Source: an uncultured bacterium (GTDB lineage Bacteria > Verrucomicrobiota > Kiritimatiellia > CAIKKV01 > CAIJXV01). Taken from it: 64,000 nucleotides of DNA. Below, piece by piece: positions 1 through 7,849 of this stretch (position 1 is its first letter; the number at the start of each line of letters is the position of its first letter). The stretch covers positions 956-64,955 of the forward strand of contig CAIJXV010000009.1 of the NCBI GenBank assembly GCA_903824675.1, written 5' to 3'. The position numbers and the translations under genes are program-made. The notes below the pieces were generated by a model. That model ran no database searches. It worked only from the letters and a program-made list of their open reading frames with translations, and was not told the origin of the DNA.

Positions 1-65
1 AACAGGATCGGGTGGCTCCTTAAGCAAAAGCGATAACCGCGGCTATTCCGGAGTTTCCGGGAAGC

Positions 66-94
66 TTGCAAATCCGGGCTCATTGTTTTACTAT
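66..94 (+). promoter_or_regulatory. sigma70-type promoter, probably giving a leaderless mRNA
   Basis: TTGCAA (66-71), 17-nt spacer, TACTAT (89-94); ATG at 101 follows with no Shine-Dalgarno. Confidence 0.55.
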
Positions 95-100
95 GCCGCC

Positions 101-613
101 ATGACCGACGAACCCCAGTCACCAACCCCGGATTCCCAATGGCGGGTGATTCACAGCCGCCCCCGGTGTGAAAAGAAACTGGCCCAATATGCCGGGTTTC
201 ATCATATTGAGCATTATCTTCCCTTGCGTCGCGAAACCCGGGTTTATCAACGGCGTCGGGTGACTTTCGAATATCCCCTGTTTCCGGGCTATCTCTTTGC
301 CTCCTGTAATTGCGACTCCCTGGCCACCCTGCTGAATAGCCACCAGGTGGTGCGGACGCTCGACGTGATGGATCAGGATCGTCTGATATTTGAACTCGAT
401 CAGATTCGCCGGGCGCTGAATGTGGATCCGACCCTGGGCGCCAACCCGATGGTTCAGCCCGGGCAGACCGTACGGGTTAAAAGCGGCCCATTTCAAGGAA
501 TCGAAGGCCGGGTGGTGACCGTACAGGGTCGAACGCGGGTCATGCTCTCGGTCGAAATGATTGGACAGGCCGTCATGGTCGATGTTGGAATGCCTCTGTT
601 GGAACCCATCTGA
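101..613 (+). CDS. NusG-paralogue transcription antiterminator (RfaH/UpxY-like)
   Basis: NGN domain WRVIHSRPRCEKKLA...PLFPGYLF and KOW motif GQTVRVKSGPFQGIEG. Start moved to ATG 101. Confidence 0.85.
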   Translation: MTDEPQSPTPDSQWRVIHSRPRCEKKLAQYAGFHHIEHYLPLRRETRVYQRRRVTFEYPLFPGYLFASCNCDSLATLLNSHQVVRTLDVMDQDRLIFELDQIRRALNVDPTLGANPMVQPGQTVRVKSGPFQGIEGRVVTVQGRTRVMLSVEMIGQAVMVDVGMPLLEPI

Positions 614-651
614 CGGGCGCCGATCGGCGCCGGATAATAAGGAAGAAAGCA

Positions 652-1629
652 ATGCCCCCCAAAAACGGAATGAAGATTCGGCCCTATCAATTATTGAGTG
701 TCGTTTGTGCCTTGGGCGGAGATTCCGCGGAAGCCCGCAATCCGAACATCAAAAAACTTCGGGAAGCGGTCCGGTCAAACCCGGATTTGCCGCTGACCTT
801 GCAATGTAATGTGAACGAGGTGTTCCGTTATCAGGACCCCGGCCCCGGCGGCGATACCCCGGAAGGTGCGGAGTTCAATCTCCGGCGGGATTTGGAAATT
901 CTCCATAAACTCAATTTATTTCCGGGTGCCACTTTGCCGGCGCGGATCATCTTTAATCGCGTCTGGGATTGGATTGAAGATGTCACCGGGATTTGCAGTT
1001 ATGGCCGGACCACGGCAGATGCCTGGACGGGTTGGACAAAGGCGAAACAAGCCTCGTATCGGCGGGGACACCGGCGCGGCATCGCGGCGCTCATTCCGCT
1101 TCGTCCAGCCCGGGAGATGACGGCGGACAAGAAGCGATCCCTGGCGGAGATGGTGAGTGTGGGGGCTGTTGATGTCCGGCCCCATATCCTGTTGTGCTCC
1201 CTTTGCCAGTATGGCGCGGGAACCCGGGCCCCTTTCGCGGAAGACAATCTACCCGAGTTGGTCCAAATGATTTTGAAGAAACCGGACATCCGGATCCGGA
1301 TGGCACCGCATGCGGATTGGATGATGTGCGCACCCTGTCCCTACCGGGAGGCGGGCGCCAATGCCTGCGTCAATAACAAGGGATCCGGCGGATTGCCTAA
1401 TCAGATGCGCGATTTGCGCGTGCTCCAGAAGCTGGGGTTGACCTTCGGTTCCATCCTGCCCGCCCGGGAATTGTACCGGCGCATTTTCAAGCGCATTCCT
1501 GGCACGCTGGAAATTTGCCGGATCGAACCGGGCCGCCCTTCGGTCTGGTGGACCGGTTGCGGCGCCGCTGAGGCAGACAGCCCAAACTTCGCCAAAGGCC
1601 GGAAACTATTGATGAAATTATTGGGCTGA
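652..1629 (+). CDS. Cys-rich protein with two tandem DUF1284-like (putative metal/Fe-S binding) units
   Basis: Repeated motifs IRPYQLLSVVC / VRPHILLCSLC and RDLEILHKLNL / RDLRVLQKLGL. The second unit has CAPCP plus further Cys. Confidence 0.65.
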   Translation: MPPKNGMKIRPYQLLSVVCALGGDSAEARNPNIKKLREAVRSNPDLPLTLQCNVNEVFRYQDPGPGGDTPEGAEFNLRRDLEILHKLNLFPGATLPARIIFNRVWDWIEDVTGICSYGRTTADAWTGWTKAKQASYRRGHRRGIAALIPLRPAREMTADKKRSLAEMVSVGAVDVRPHILLCSLCQYGAGTRAPFAEDNLPELVQMILKKPDIRIRMAPHADWMMCAPCPYREAGANACVNNKGSGGLPNQMRDLRVLQKLGLTFGSILPARELYRRIFKRIPGTLEICRIEPGRPSVWWTGCGAAEADSPNFAKGRKLLMKLLG

Positions 1630-1630
1630 G

Positions 1631-1677
1631 GGCGCCAGGCTCCTTCCGGGCTACCTGCGATCACGGCCCCGCTGGTA
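1631..1677 (+). pseudogene. 47-bp remnant of the antitoxin gene at 3539-3778
   Basis: 44/47 identical to 3663-3709, which is internal antitoxin coding sequence. Confidence 0.8.
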
Positions 1678-1800
1678 CACCCCAGATCTGGTACTGCCCA
1701 AAAAATTCAGCAATAAGTTGATGTTGTGGAGCCCGCTCCAACTTAACACTTTGACGAATCGGTTTGTTGCTCTATTAGCCTCACACCCAGCACCCCACAA

Positions 1801-1929
1801 CCCAGATGGAGCCCCGCTCTATGAGCGGACGGCGTTCCCCCTATGGACTGCGGCAGTTTACTGCCGCCTTTTCCCCGGCGCAGTGAACTGCGCCTCCCCC
1901 TCAAGGCGGGACAGAAGTCCCGCAATCCA
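1801..1929 (+). repeat. GTAG-type hairpin repeat copy 1 plus composite palindrome (REPIN-like)
   Basis: CCCAGATGGAGCCCCGCTCTATGAGCGGA, then TGGACTGCGGCAGT..ACTGCCGCCTT...AAGGCGGGAC..GTCCCGCAATCCA. Near-identical to 4264-4387. Confidence 0.85.
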
Positions 1930-2053
1930 AGCTTTGTAAAAGGGTCGCTTAATCGTTGACTCCATTTTGGCGCCCACATACAATCCAAATAGATATGCTC
2001 TACATATATTGAGACAAATACACTGCCTGCCGACGATGAAGGGGAGATGAACC

Positions 2054-3199
2054 ATGAATAAGCAAGAGAAGGGGAGATCTCTGATTTTGCAATCGGCGCT
2101 CACCCTGGGTTTGATGATATTGCCTTTGCTCATCACGCAGAGCTATGCCGGGCCCAAAATTATGGATCCATTCGAATCAAACCAGTTCACGCATACCGAT
2201 GTGCCGCCGGACATTAGCGGGGACCCCTGTCAAGTGACGAGCCAGCATTACCTGAATAAAGATTTGCCGAATGATGAGATTGTCAAGTTGTTCGAGAAAA
2301 TTGCAAAGGGCGGGGATGTCCGGGGAACCCTATGGATGGCCCGGCTCTACCATAAAGGCCGGTGTTCCCTGCCCATGCAGCCGGATACCGCACAGAAAAT
2401 GGCGAAAGAAGTGATCGGTGACATCATGGATTTGGCGGACGAAGGAGATTCGGAAGCCCAGTTTTTACTGGCGTCCGCCTATGAGGATGGACTGGCCGTG
2501 ACTCAGGACTGCGAACAAGCCGTGTACTGGTACACCAAATCTGCAATAGCCTGGAATCTGGGTGCCATGTGCAATCTTTCCATTATGTATCTGTATGCAC
2601 ACGGAGTTGAGCCGAATGTGGTCAAAGCGCGAAACCTAATGGATCGCCTGCTGTTGGCTGGTTCAAAACCGTTTTCGCGCAAAATGTCCGCGGTTCGCGA
2701 TGATGGTCGGGACGATACCCAGCGCCTGGCCACTTTGCGGAGCGTGCCGCTGGTTCAAGCCCTTGGCATGCAACGGGAGAAAGGGATCGCTTTTCTCGTG
2801 GAACAAAACCTGATCGCGGACCCGACCGGATACAAAGAAAGCATGTGCAATAATGGAAGAAAACAGTTTTTCTTTGCGAACCAGGGTATCATCCTTCTGA
2901 CTGACCCGGTCAACGATCGGATTGTATCGGTCGAAGGTTATGTGAAAGAGTCCGGCGTTAACAACTCGTATACCGGCTCAATCCCATTCGGGCTTGACTG
3001 GAATGCGACAGCCAACTCCGTTCGGAAAACGCTCGGAATGCCCGACGACACAGAGGATAGGCCGACTGACCAAGCCTACGGGATGGCCTATCGCATAGAA
3101 AATGTCTTTTTTGCCGTGATGTTCTCGTATGAAGAAGAAAAAAAACTAAAAATATGGCGCGTTCATGAGAAATGGGCGGCTAAATATCCGACGCCATAA
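2054..3199 (+). CDS. Secreted Sel1-like repeat protein with unknown C-terminal domain
   Basis: N-terminal signal peptide; Sel1 repeats (GDSEAQFLLASAYEDGLAVTQDCEQAVYWYTKSA; AMCNLSIMYLYAHGVEPN); GGGGAG RBS. Confidence 0.8.
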   Translation: MNKQEKGRSLILQSALTLGLMILPLLITQSYAGPKIMDPFESNQFTHTDVPPDISGDPCQVTSQHYLNKDLPNDEIVKLFEKIAKGGDVRGTLWMARLYHKGRCSLPMQPDTAQKMAKEVIGDIMDLADEGDSEAQFLLASAYEDGLAVTQDCEQAVYWYTKSAIAWNLGAMCNLSIMYLYAHGVEPNVVKARNLMDRLLLAGSKPFSRKMSAVRDDGRDDTQRLATLRSVPLVQALGMQREKGIAFLVEQNLIADPTGYKESMCNNGRKQFFFANQGIILLTDPVNDRIVSVEGYVKESGVNNSYTGSIPFGLDWNATANSVRKTLGMPDDTEDRPTDQAYGMAYRIENVFFAVMFSYEEEKKLKIWRVHEKWAAKYPTP

Positions 3200-3206
3200 C
3201 CGACCG

Positions 3207-3234
3207 CCAGATGTTGCCCCGCTCTATGAGCGGA
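3207..3234 (+). repeat. GTAG-type hairpin repeat copy 2
   Basis: CCAGATGTTGCCCCGCTCTATGAGCGGA, 7 nt after the Sel1 stop. Confidence 0.85.
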
Positions 3235-3303
3235 CGACCCAACTCCTCGCCTAAGAATGCTGATGGCGAATAGCAACTTCATGCTTCACCCCTTGCCCCC
3301 GCC

Positions 3304-3425
3304 GGCTCGCAGGGGCCTTCTCCGCCGTAGTAAAACTCTGGCTACGAAGGCTGGAACGCTCGCCCTCTAGGGGATTCTCGACAGACTCATTGTCGTCTTT
3401 TGGAGGGCGAGCATCCCTGCGAGCC
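3304..3425. repeat. Inverted GGAG-type REP pair; left arm interrupted by an inserted ~41-nt palindromic element
   Basis: Right arm TGGAGGGCGAGCATCCCTGCGAGCC (3401-3425). Left arm GGCTCGCAGG...AACGCTCGCCCTCTA is split by about 3314-3354. Confidence 0.65.
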
Positions 3426-3502
3426 ACAGCCACGGGTGTGAAAACGGAACAAACCGATATGGATTCCGCCTTACGCGATGATCGGGGGCTGTCGCCCCGG
3501 GA

Positions 3503-3531
3503 TTGACAAGACGTATATTGTCAAGTAGTCT
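3503..3531 (+). promoter_or_regulatory. TA promoter overlapping a palindromic operator
   Basis: TTGACA-17-TAGTCT; inverted repeat TTGACAA-N8-TTGTCAA (3503-3524); ATG at 3539, leaderless. Confidence 0.65.
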
Positions 3532-3538
3532 GTACGTC

Positions 3539-3778
3539 ATGAACACGAAGCTCACCTTGCGCATGGATTCGGCACTGGTTCAGTCCGCCAAGACGGAAGC
3601 GACCCGGCGGGGCAAATCGGTTTCGCAAATGGTTGGCGAGTTCTTTGGCGCTCTGACTGTGCGGCGCCAGGCTCCTTCCGGGCTACCCCCGATCACGGCC
3701 TCGCTGGTAGGGGTCCTGAAAGGCCGTCGCGTTTCGGAGTTAGACTACCGTAAGCACCTTCTGGAGAAACATCGGTGA
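3539..3778 (+). CDS. RHH-type antitoxin (DUF6364-like)
   Basis: MNTKLTLRMDSALVQSAK...GKSVSQMV...YRKHLLEKH; overlaps the downstream PIN gene (GTGA). Confidence 0.8.
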   Translation: MNTKLTLRMDSALVQSAKTEATRRGKSVSQMVGEFFGALTVRRQAPSGLPPITASLVGVLKGRRVSELDYRKHLLEKHR

Positions 3779-4206
3779 GGGTCTTATTCGATACCAACAT
3801 TGTACTCGATGTGCTTCTCGCCCGTCAGCCTTTCGTCGGCCCGGCTTCCGAGTTGTTTGGTTTGGTCGAGCAGTCGCGCATTGAGGGTTTTTTGTGCGCA
3901 ACCACCATCACGACGGTTGATTATCTACTCCTGCAGTCCCTATCCCGGTCCGACGCGCAACAGGCCTTGCGAAAGTTGATGTCCCTGTTTGAGATCGCAC
4001 CCGTCAACCGCGTCGTTCTGGAAGAGGCCCTCAAGAGCAAATTGACGGATTTCGAAGACGCGGTTCTCGATCAAGCCGGCCGGCTGGCAGGGGCCGAAGT
4101 GGTGGTAACCCGGAATCAAAAGGATTTTCGGCATGCCTCGCTAAAGATTCTGGGACCGGACGAATTCCTTTCCAGCTTTCAAGAGTCGACAAAGAAGCGT
4201 TCATAG
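3775..4206 (+). CDS. PIN-domain (VapC-like) toxin
   Basis: VLFDTNIVLD...DFEDA...VTRNQKDF acidic PIN motifs. Confidence 0.9.
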   Translation: MRVLFDTNIVLDVLLARQPFVGPASELFGLVEQSRIEGFLCATTITTVDYLLLQSLSRSDAQQALRKLMSLFEIAPVNRVVLEEALKSKLTDFEDAVLDQAGRLAGAEVVVTRNQKDFRHASLKILGPDEFLSSFQESTKKRS

Positions 4207-4443
4207 CCCTTCGGTCAACTCAAGGCAGGCACGCGGCTACACCCAGAATGTGTTTTCGTAACTCAGATGCCCCGCTCTATGAGCGGAAGAAGCTCCCTCT
4301 ATGGACTGCGGCAGTTCACTGCCGCCTTCTCTCCGGCGCAGTGAACTGCGCCTCCCCCTCAAGGCGGGACAGAAGTCACGCAATCCAAGGTTGGCTCGAT
4401 GAGTTTATGGCGGGTCAGATAGTACGACGCGAAGACCCAAATA
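4192..4443. repeat. Reverse hairpin repeat (interrupted) + spacer + copy 3 + composite palindrome + 44-bp segment shared with 18855-18898
   Basis: AAGAAGCGTTCATAG[24-nt insert]ACGCGGCTACACCCAGAATGT; CAGATGCCCCGCTCTATGAGCGGA at 4264-4287; 4400-4443 is 41/44 identical to 18855-18898. Confidence 0.85.
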
Positions 4444-4559
4444 GTGGTACGTGAACGACGGCCAGATCCATTGGCGGGAGGCCGCCCTGCATTCCGAGGC
4501 TTTATTCATCCAACTGCCGCCTCGATGAGCACAAATGAAGCCTTCGAGAGGTTCAGCAG

Positions 4560-4673
4560 TCATGGTGGGAACGCAGGTGATTCGGCATCAGCACATCGCA
4601 AAAGCAGACAGAATAGCAGAACCCCCGCAGTCCCAACTCCGATCCAGCGATAAAGGAATAACAGAGCTTTCAT
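4560..4673 (-). pseudogene. Truncated gene start (signal peptide only), translationally coupled to the 1044-aa gene
   Basis: ATGA overlap with the stop at 4670-4672 and GGAGG upstream. Translates MKALLFLYRWIGVGTAGVLLFCLLLRCADAESPAFPP*, a signal peptide with an ADA cleavage-like site. Confidence 0.5.
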
Positions 4674-4699
4674 TTGGGACGGTTCGCCTCCGCTTTTTC
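4667..4699. repeat. 33-bp direct repeat A (partner at 7817-7849)
   Basis: CTTTCATTTGGGACGGTTCGCCTCCGCTTTTTC; 32/33 identical to the partner. Confidence 0.9.
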
Positions 4700-7600
4700 T
4701 GATTGATCGGGATAAAGATAGACCAAGCACCGATTCGTGGGAGGTGGATCCCCGGGATATCGCCCGGCAACAAGTAATAACCGGCCTTTTGAAGAGGGAA
4801 TGACTTTCTTTTTATTTAAATCCGGGGTCAGCCCTTCGAACATCGAGGTTATTAGGCCGTTGGTTTCAGGCTGAATTTGTAGCGCGACTTGGCTTGGATC
4901 GAAGGTATAGGCTATAGGTGGAGCAGTCCCCCCCCAACTCCAGCCACTAAAAACGAATCGATTCGCAGCCAATCGGGTGGGCGGGGTTGATAATCGGGTT
5001 GTGTAATTGAACGACAAGGCCTGAACCTGCCGCCACTGGCGCGTTGCCGGGGTGAATTCCCACAATCCGTGACGCTGTCCTTCAGAATAGGTCTTGGGCT
5101 GGTATGGCATGCTATTAAGAAAAAAGAAAATCTGGTCCCCGGTTGAACTCATGCAACCTGCCGTTACATGGTAGGGCAGACAATCGTTGAGCGGACCCGT
5201 GGCGAAAGAATCTGATGCACAGATCAGTTCACATTCTGTCAACCCCGGCCTCCATCGGTAGATTGCCCCATAAAGGTTGCGCTCACGCCCATCGGCATGG
5301 AGTTGGCCGAGAGCTATATATAAATCCTCCTTGCCAGCCACCAAGGCCGTGACCTGTCGGCGAACCTCACCTACGGCGACAGTGGGATCAAAGCCCAGCA
5401 CGGAAGACCCGATCTGGGGACCCAGGCGTACGATCTGCCCGGGATCCAAATATGGCGGCTTGTCGGAAATTGGCACAATGAGCACTTGGTAGGCATCGGC
5501 AACACAAAGTCGGTCGCCCAGTCGTACGATTCGCATTCCCTCATTCATGTCGGTTCCGCTCTTGCCGGGGGTGTCCAGCATATAAGTAACGCTTTGGCCG
5601 CTAACCAAATCGATCCGCGCCACTTGGATGCACTTGTTTCCGGTCCACCCGACCCACAACAGGAGATCGTCGAGCCAGCCGTTAAAACCGTCGAAGTTAC
5701 CTATTCCAGAGGTATGGTCCAATGAATCATAAACCAAGGAGGCTCCCGGTATCTCAGGGGCAGAGGGAATCCCGATTGGCGCGGAATTGCCCAACTGCTT
5801 AGACCACCCTTGAGCCGATAATTCTCGGAGGATCTGTTGTTGCAGGGTGGGATTGTGCTGTCCTAAGTCGGCCAGAAACTGATTCAGATGCTTTCTAATC
5901 ATGACTTCATCCTGCGGTGCATGCGCCAGAGTAACATTGAATAAATATCGATTTCTAAGGTATACGGTCGCACGGCTCATTCCCGTATAAGTGGGATCAG
6001 CTTGCAAGATGGCGGGCATGGTCCTTTCAAAGTGACGGTCTTGATCTTTTAGGTCAATTAATTCCAAAGCAGTCCAGAGTCGCAAAAAAATGAACCAGTT
6101 TCCGTTGCTAGCTGCCCCGTTGAGATTCTTCGGGTCCTGTTCCAACCATGCGAACAAGTTGCTGGCGGCGACGCGCGCCGGGCTATCGAGTGGTACCGTG
6201 CTTGCTTGATCGGGGAACGCACCGGAATGAAAACAGTTAAACAGTATGACGGCGAATTGTTTCTCCGGTGTTCCGTCCTGATACACGTCTTCAAGAAATC
6301 GGGTCCACAAGGTCCATGCACGCTGGTGATCCCAATAGGTGATGCCGGGATAGAGCGACGAATAAAGCACATTCCATCTCGTGCCGTCGCGAGCCAGAAT
6401 CGATTTAAGGTAATCCAAGGATTCCCCCGGATCATCAAAGAAAACCGGACTGAATCGGGCAAAAAGCTCAGCATTGTAATAACGTCCCGGCACCCGTTCA
6501 TAGTTGCCGTACCATTCCATAAACTGGCGCAGTTCAGTTCGAAAATGGCTGACCGTCACCTTGTCTTCGTCCGTGAGATCTGCCGGGATGGCACTAAAAT
6601 AACCGAAGAACTTGGCGTCTGTTAACGACCCGTGGGTCTGACTCGGAATGGCTGATAACGGCAGGCGCCGTTGGGTGTTCATCGCCCGGCGTACCCATTG
6701 CAGGTTGCGAATGAAAGTAAATTTGTCGTCCGTCTTCCACGGATTTAATGTCGTATCATGTCTGCGCCCCTCCTCGATATACTGGAATACCGTGCTGGCG
6801 AACTCCTGTGCAAGGGTTTCATTTTGAGGGACTAGCAGGTGGGCAACTTCAAAGGACTGGATGGCGGATATGTAAAGTTTACGGCTGAGAAAGTTTAATC
6901 CATTCACTTGGAAATAAAGTGCTTCCCGTTCCAGGTCAGTTGCGTTGGCCGGTGACGTGGCGTTCAATCCCACAAACCCATCGATCTGTGCGACCATATT
7001 CGACACTGGACTCCGAATCTCATTTGGGTCAACGGCAACGTGAGCCATCATTTCGCGGGCGGTTCGAATATCTTTGATCTTGAAATCAACTGCATAGTGG
7101 GCGAGTCCCTGTGTTTCTGCCTTCATGCGAATGACGTAGTCCGCGGCTGATAACTCAGTACCTGTTTGTTCCGGAAGATCTTCCTCATTAACTACATCGG
7201 CTAGATTCTTGCGTTCCAGTAAGATAATTCGATCCTTCATCCCTATATGAACCTCGAGCAATGTGCTCAGGCTGACAAATAAATCTCTGGCTGAGGGGGA
7301 TGCATGTGCGTCCATTACAAGCGGCATCAACGCCACATAGATTCGGTCCTTTTCGCTTAATAGCAACCGGGACCGTGCGCGCTCCAGGGAGGCGATGGTT
7401 TCGGTTCTGGCTATCTGAAAGTTATTGTTTGTGACAATCAGGTCGAAAAGGCATTGCCCCCGGGCAGTCTCAACCAGTCGAATGCGATGAACGACATCCT
7501 GTGAATCCAGGATCAACAGTGCTTGCGCATGAACCTGTCGGCCAAGTGTGACGCTGCTCGCTCCGGCCCAGGCCTCGAGTCCCAGTTCCTTTATCTGGAT

Positions 7601-7804
7601 CTCGACCTGACTGCGGTCGACCAATGCCACGTTTTTCAGGGAAGCTAGATCAGCAAAGAGTAAATCAGAAAATGTCGGATTCGCCAGGCGATCAATAATC
7701 GCAATAATTATAGAGTTGGTCGGAGGGGCGTCTTGATCCTGTGCGTGAACCGCTAATAGGGATGCCAACCAAAAGACCGTTAGTCCGATTGATAATCTTT
7801 TCAT
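4670..7804 (-). CDS. Large secreted protein: two CsgG/TolB-N-like domains, helical region, possible C-terminal beta-propeller
   Basis: Signal peptide; LVDRSQVEIQIKELGL and LLERKNLADVVNEEDL motifs. Confidence 0.65.
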   Translation of the reverse strand: MKRLSIGLTVFWLASLLAVHAQDQDAPPTNSIIIAIIDRLANPTFSDLLFADLASLKNVALVDRSQVEIQIKELGLEAWAGASSVTLGRQVHAQALLILDSQDVVHRIRLVETARGQCLFDLIVTNNNFQIARTETIASLERARSRLLLSEKDRIYVALMPLVMDAHASPSARDLFVSLSTLLEVHIGMKDRIILLERKNLADVVNEEDLPEQTGTELSAADYVIRMKAETQGLAHYAVDFKIKDIRTAREMMAHVAVDPNEIRSPVSNMVAQIDGFVGLNATSPANATDLEREALYFQVNGLNFLSRKLYISAIQSFEVAHLLVPQNETLAQEFASTVFQYIEEGRRHDTTLNPWKTDDKFTFIRNLQWVRRAMNTQRRLPLSAIPSQTHGSLTDAKFFGYFSAIPADLTDEDKVTVSHFRTELRQFMEWYGNYERVPGRYYNAELFARFSPVFFDDPGESLDYLKSILARDGTRWNVLYSSLYPGITYWDHQRAWTLWTRFLEDVYQDGTPEKQFAVILFNCFHSGAFPDQASTVPLDSPARVAASNLFAWLEQDPKNLNGAASNGNWFIFLRLWTALELIDLKDQDRHFERTMPAILQADPTYTGMSRATVYLRNRYLFNVTLAHAPQDEVMIRKHLNQFLADLGQHNPTLQQQILRELSAQGWSKQLGNSAPIGIPSAPEIPGASLVYDSLDHTSGIGNFDGFNGWLDDLLLWVGWTGNKCIQVARIDLVSGQSVTYMLDTPGKSGTDMNEGMRIVRLGDRLCVADAYQVLIVPISDKPPYLDPGQIVRLGPQIGSSVLGFDPTVAVGEVRRQVTALVAGKEDLYIALGQLHADGRERNLYGAIYRWRPGLTECELICASDSFATGPLNDCLPYHVTAGCMSSTGDQIFFFLNSMPYQPKTYSEGQRHGLWEFTPATRQWRQVQALSFNYTTRLSTPPTRLAANRFVFSGWSWGGTAPPIAYTFDPSQVALQIQPETNGLITSMFEGLTPDLNKKKVIPSSKGRLLLVAGRYPGDPPPTNRCLVYLYPDQSEKAEANRPK

Positions 7805-7816
7805 CCTTTAACATGA

Positions 7817-7849
7817 CTTTCATTTGGGACGGATCGCCTCCGCTTTTTC
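7817..7849. repeat. 33-bp direct repeat B
   Basis: CTTTCATTTGGGACGGATCGCCTCCGCTTTTTC, encoding EKAEAIRPK* on the minus strand. Confidence 0.9.

Noticed and set aside
1718..1939. Small paralogous ORFs 1718-1939 and 4248-4454
   Set aside because: Their similarity comes entirely from translating the DNA repeat.
3371..3388. Possible solo IS terminal inverted repeat (GGGATTCTCGACAGACTC)
   Set aside because: No partner end or transposase; too short to support.
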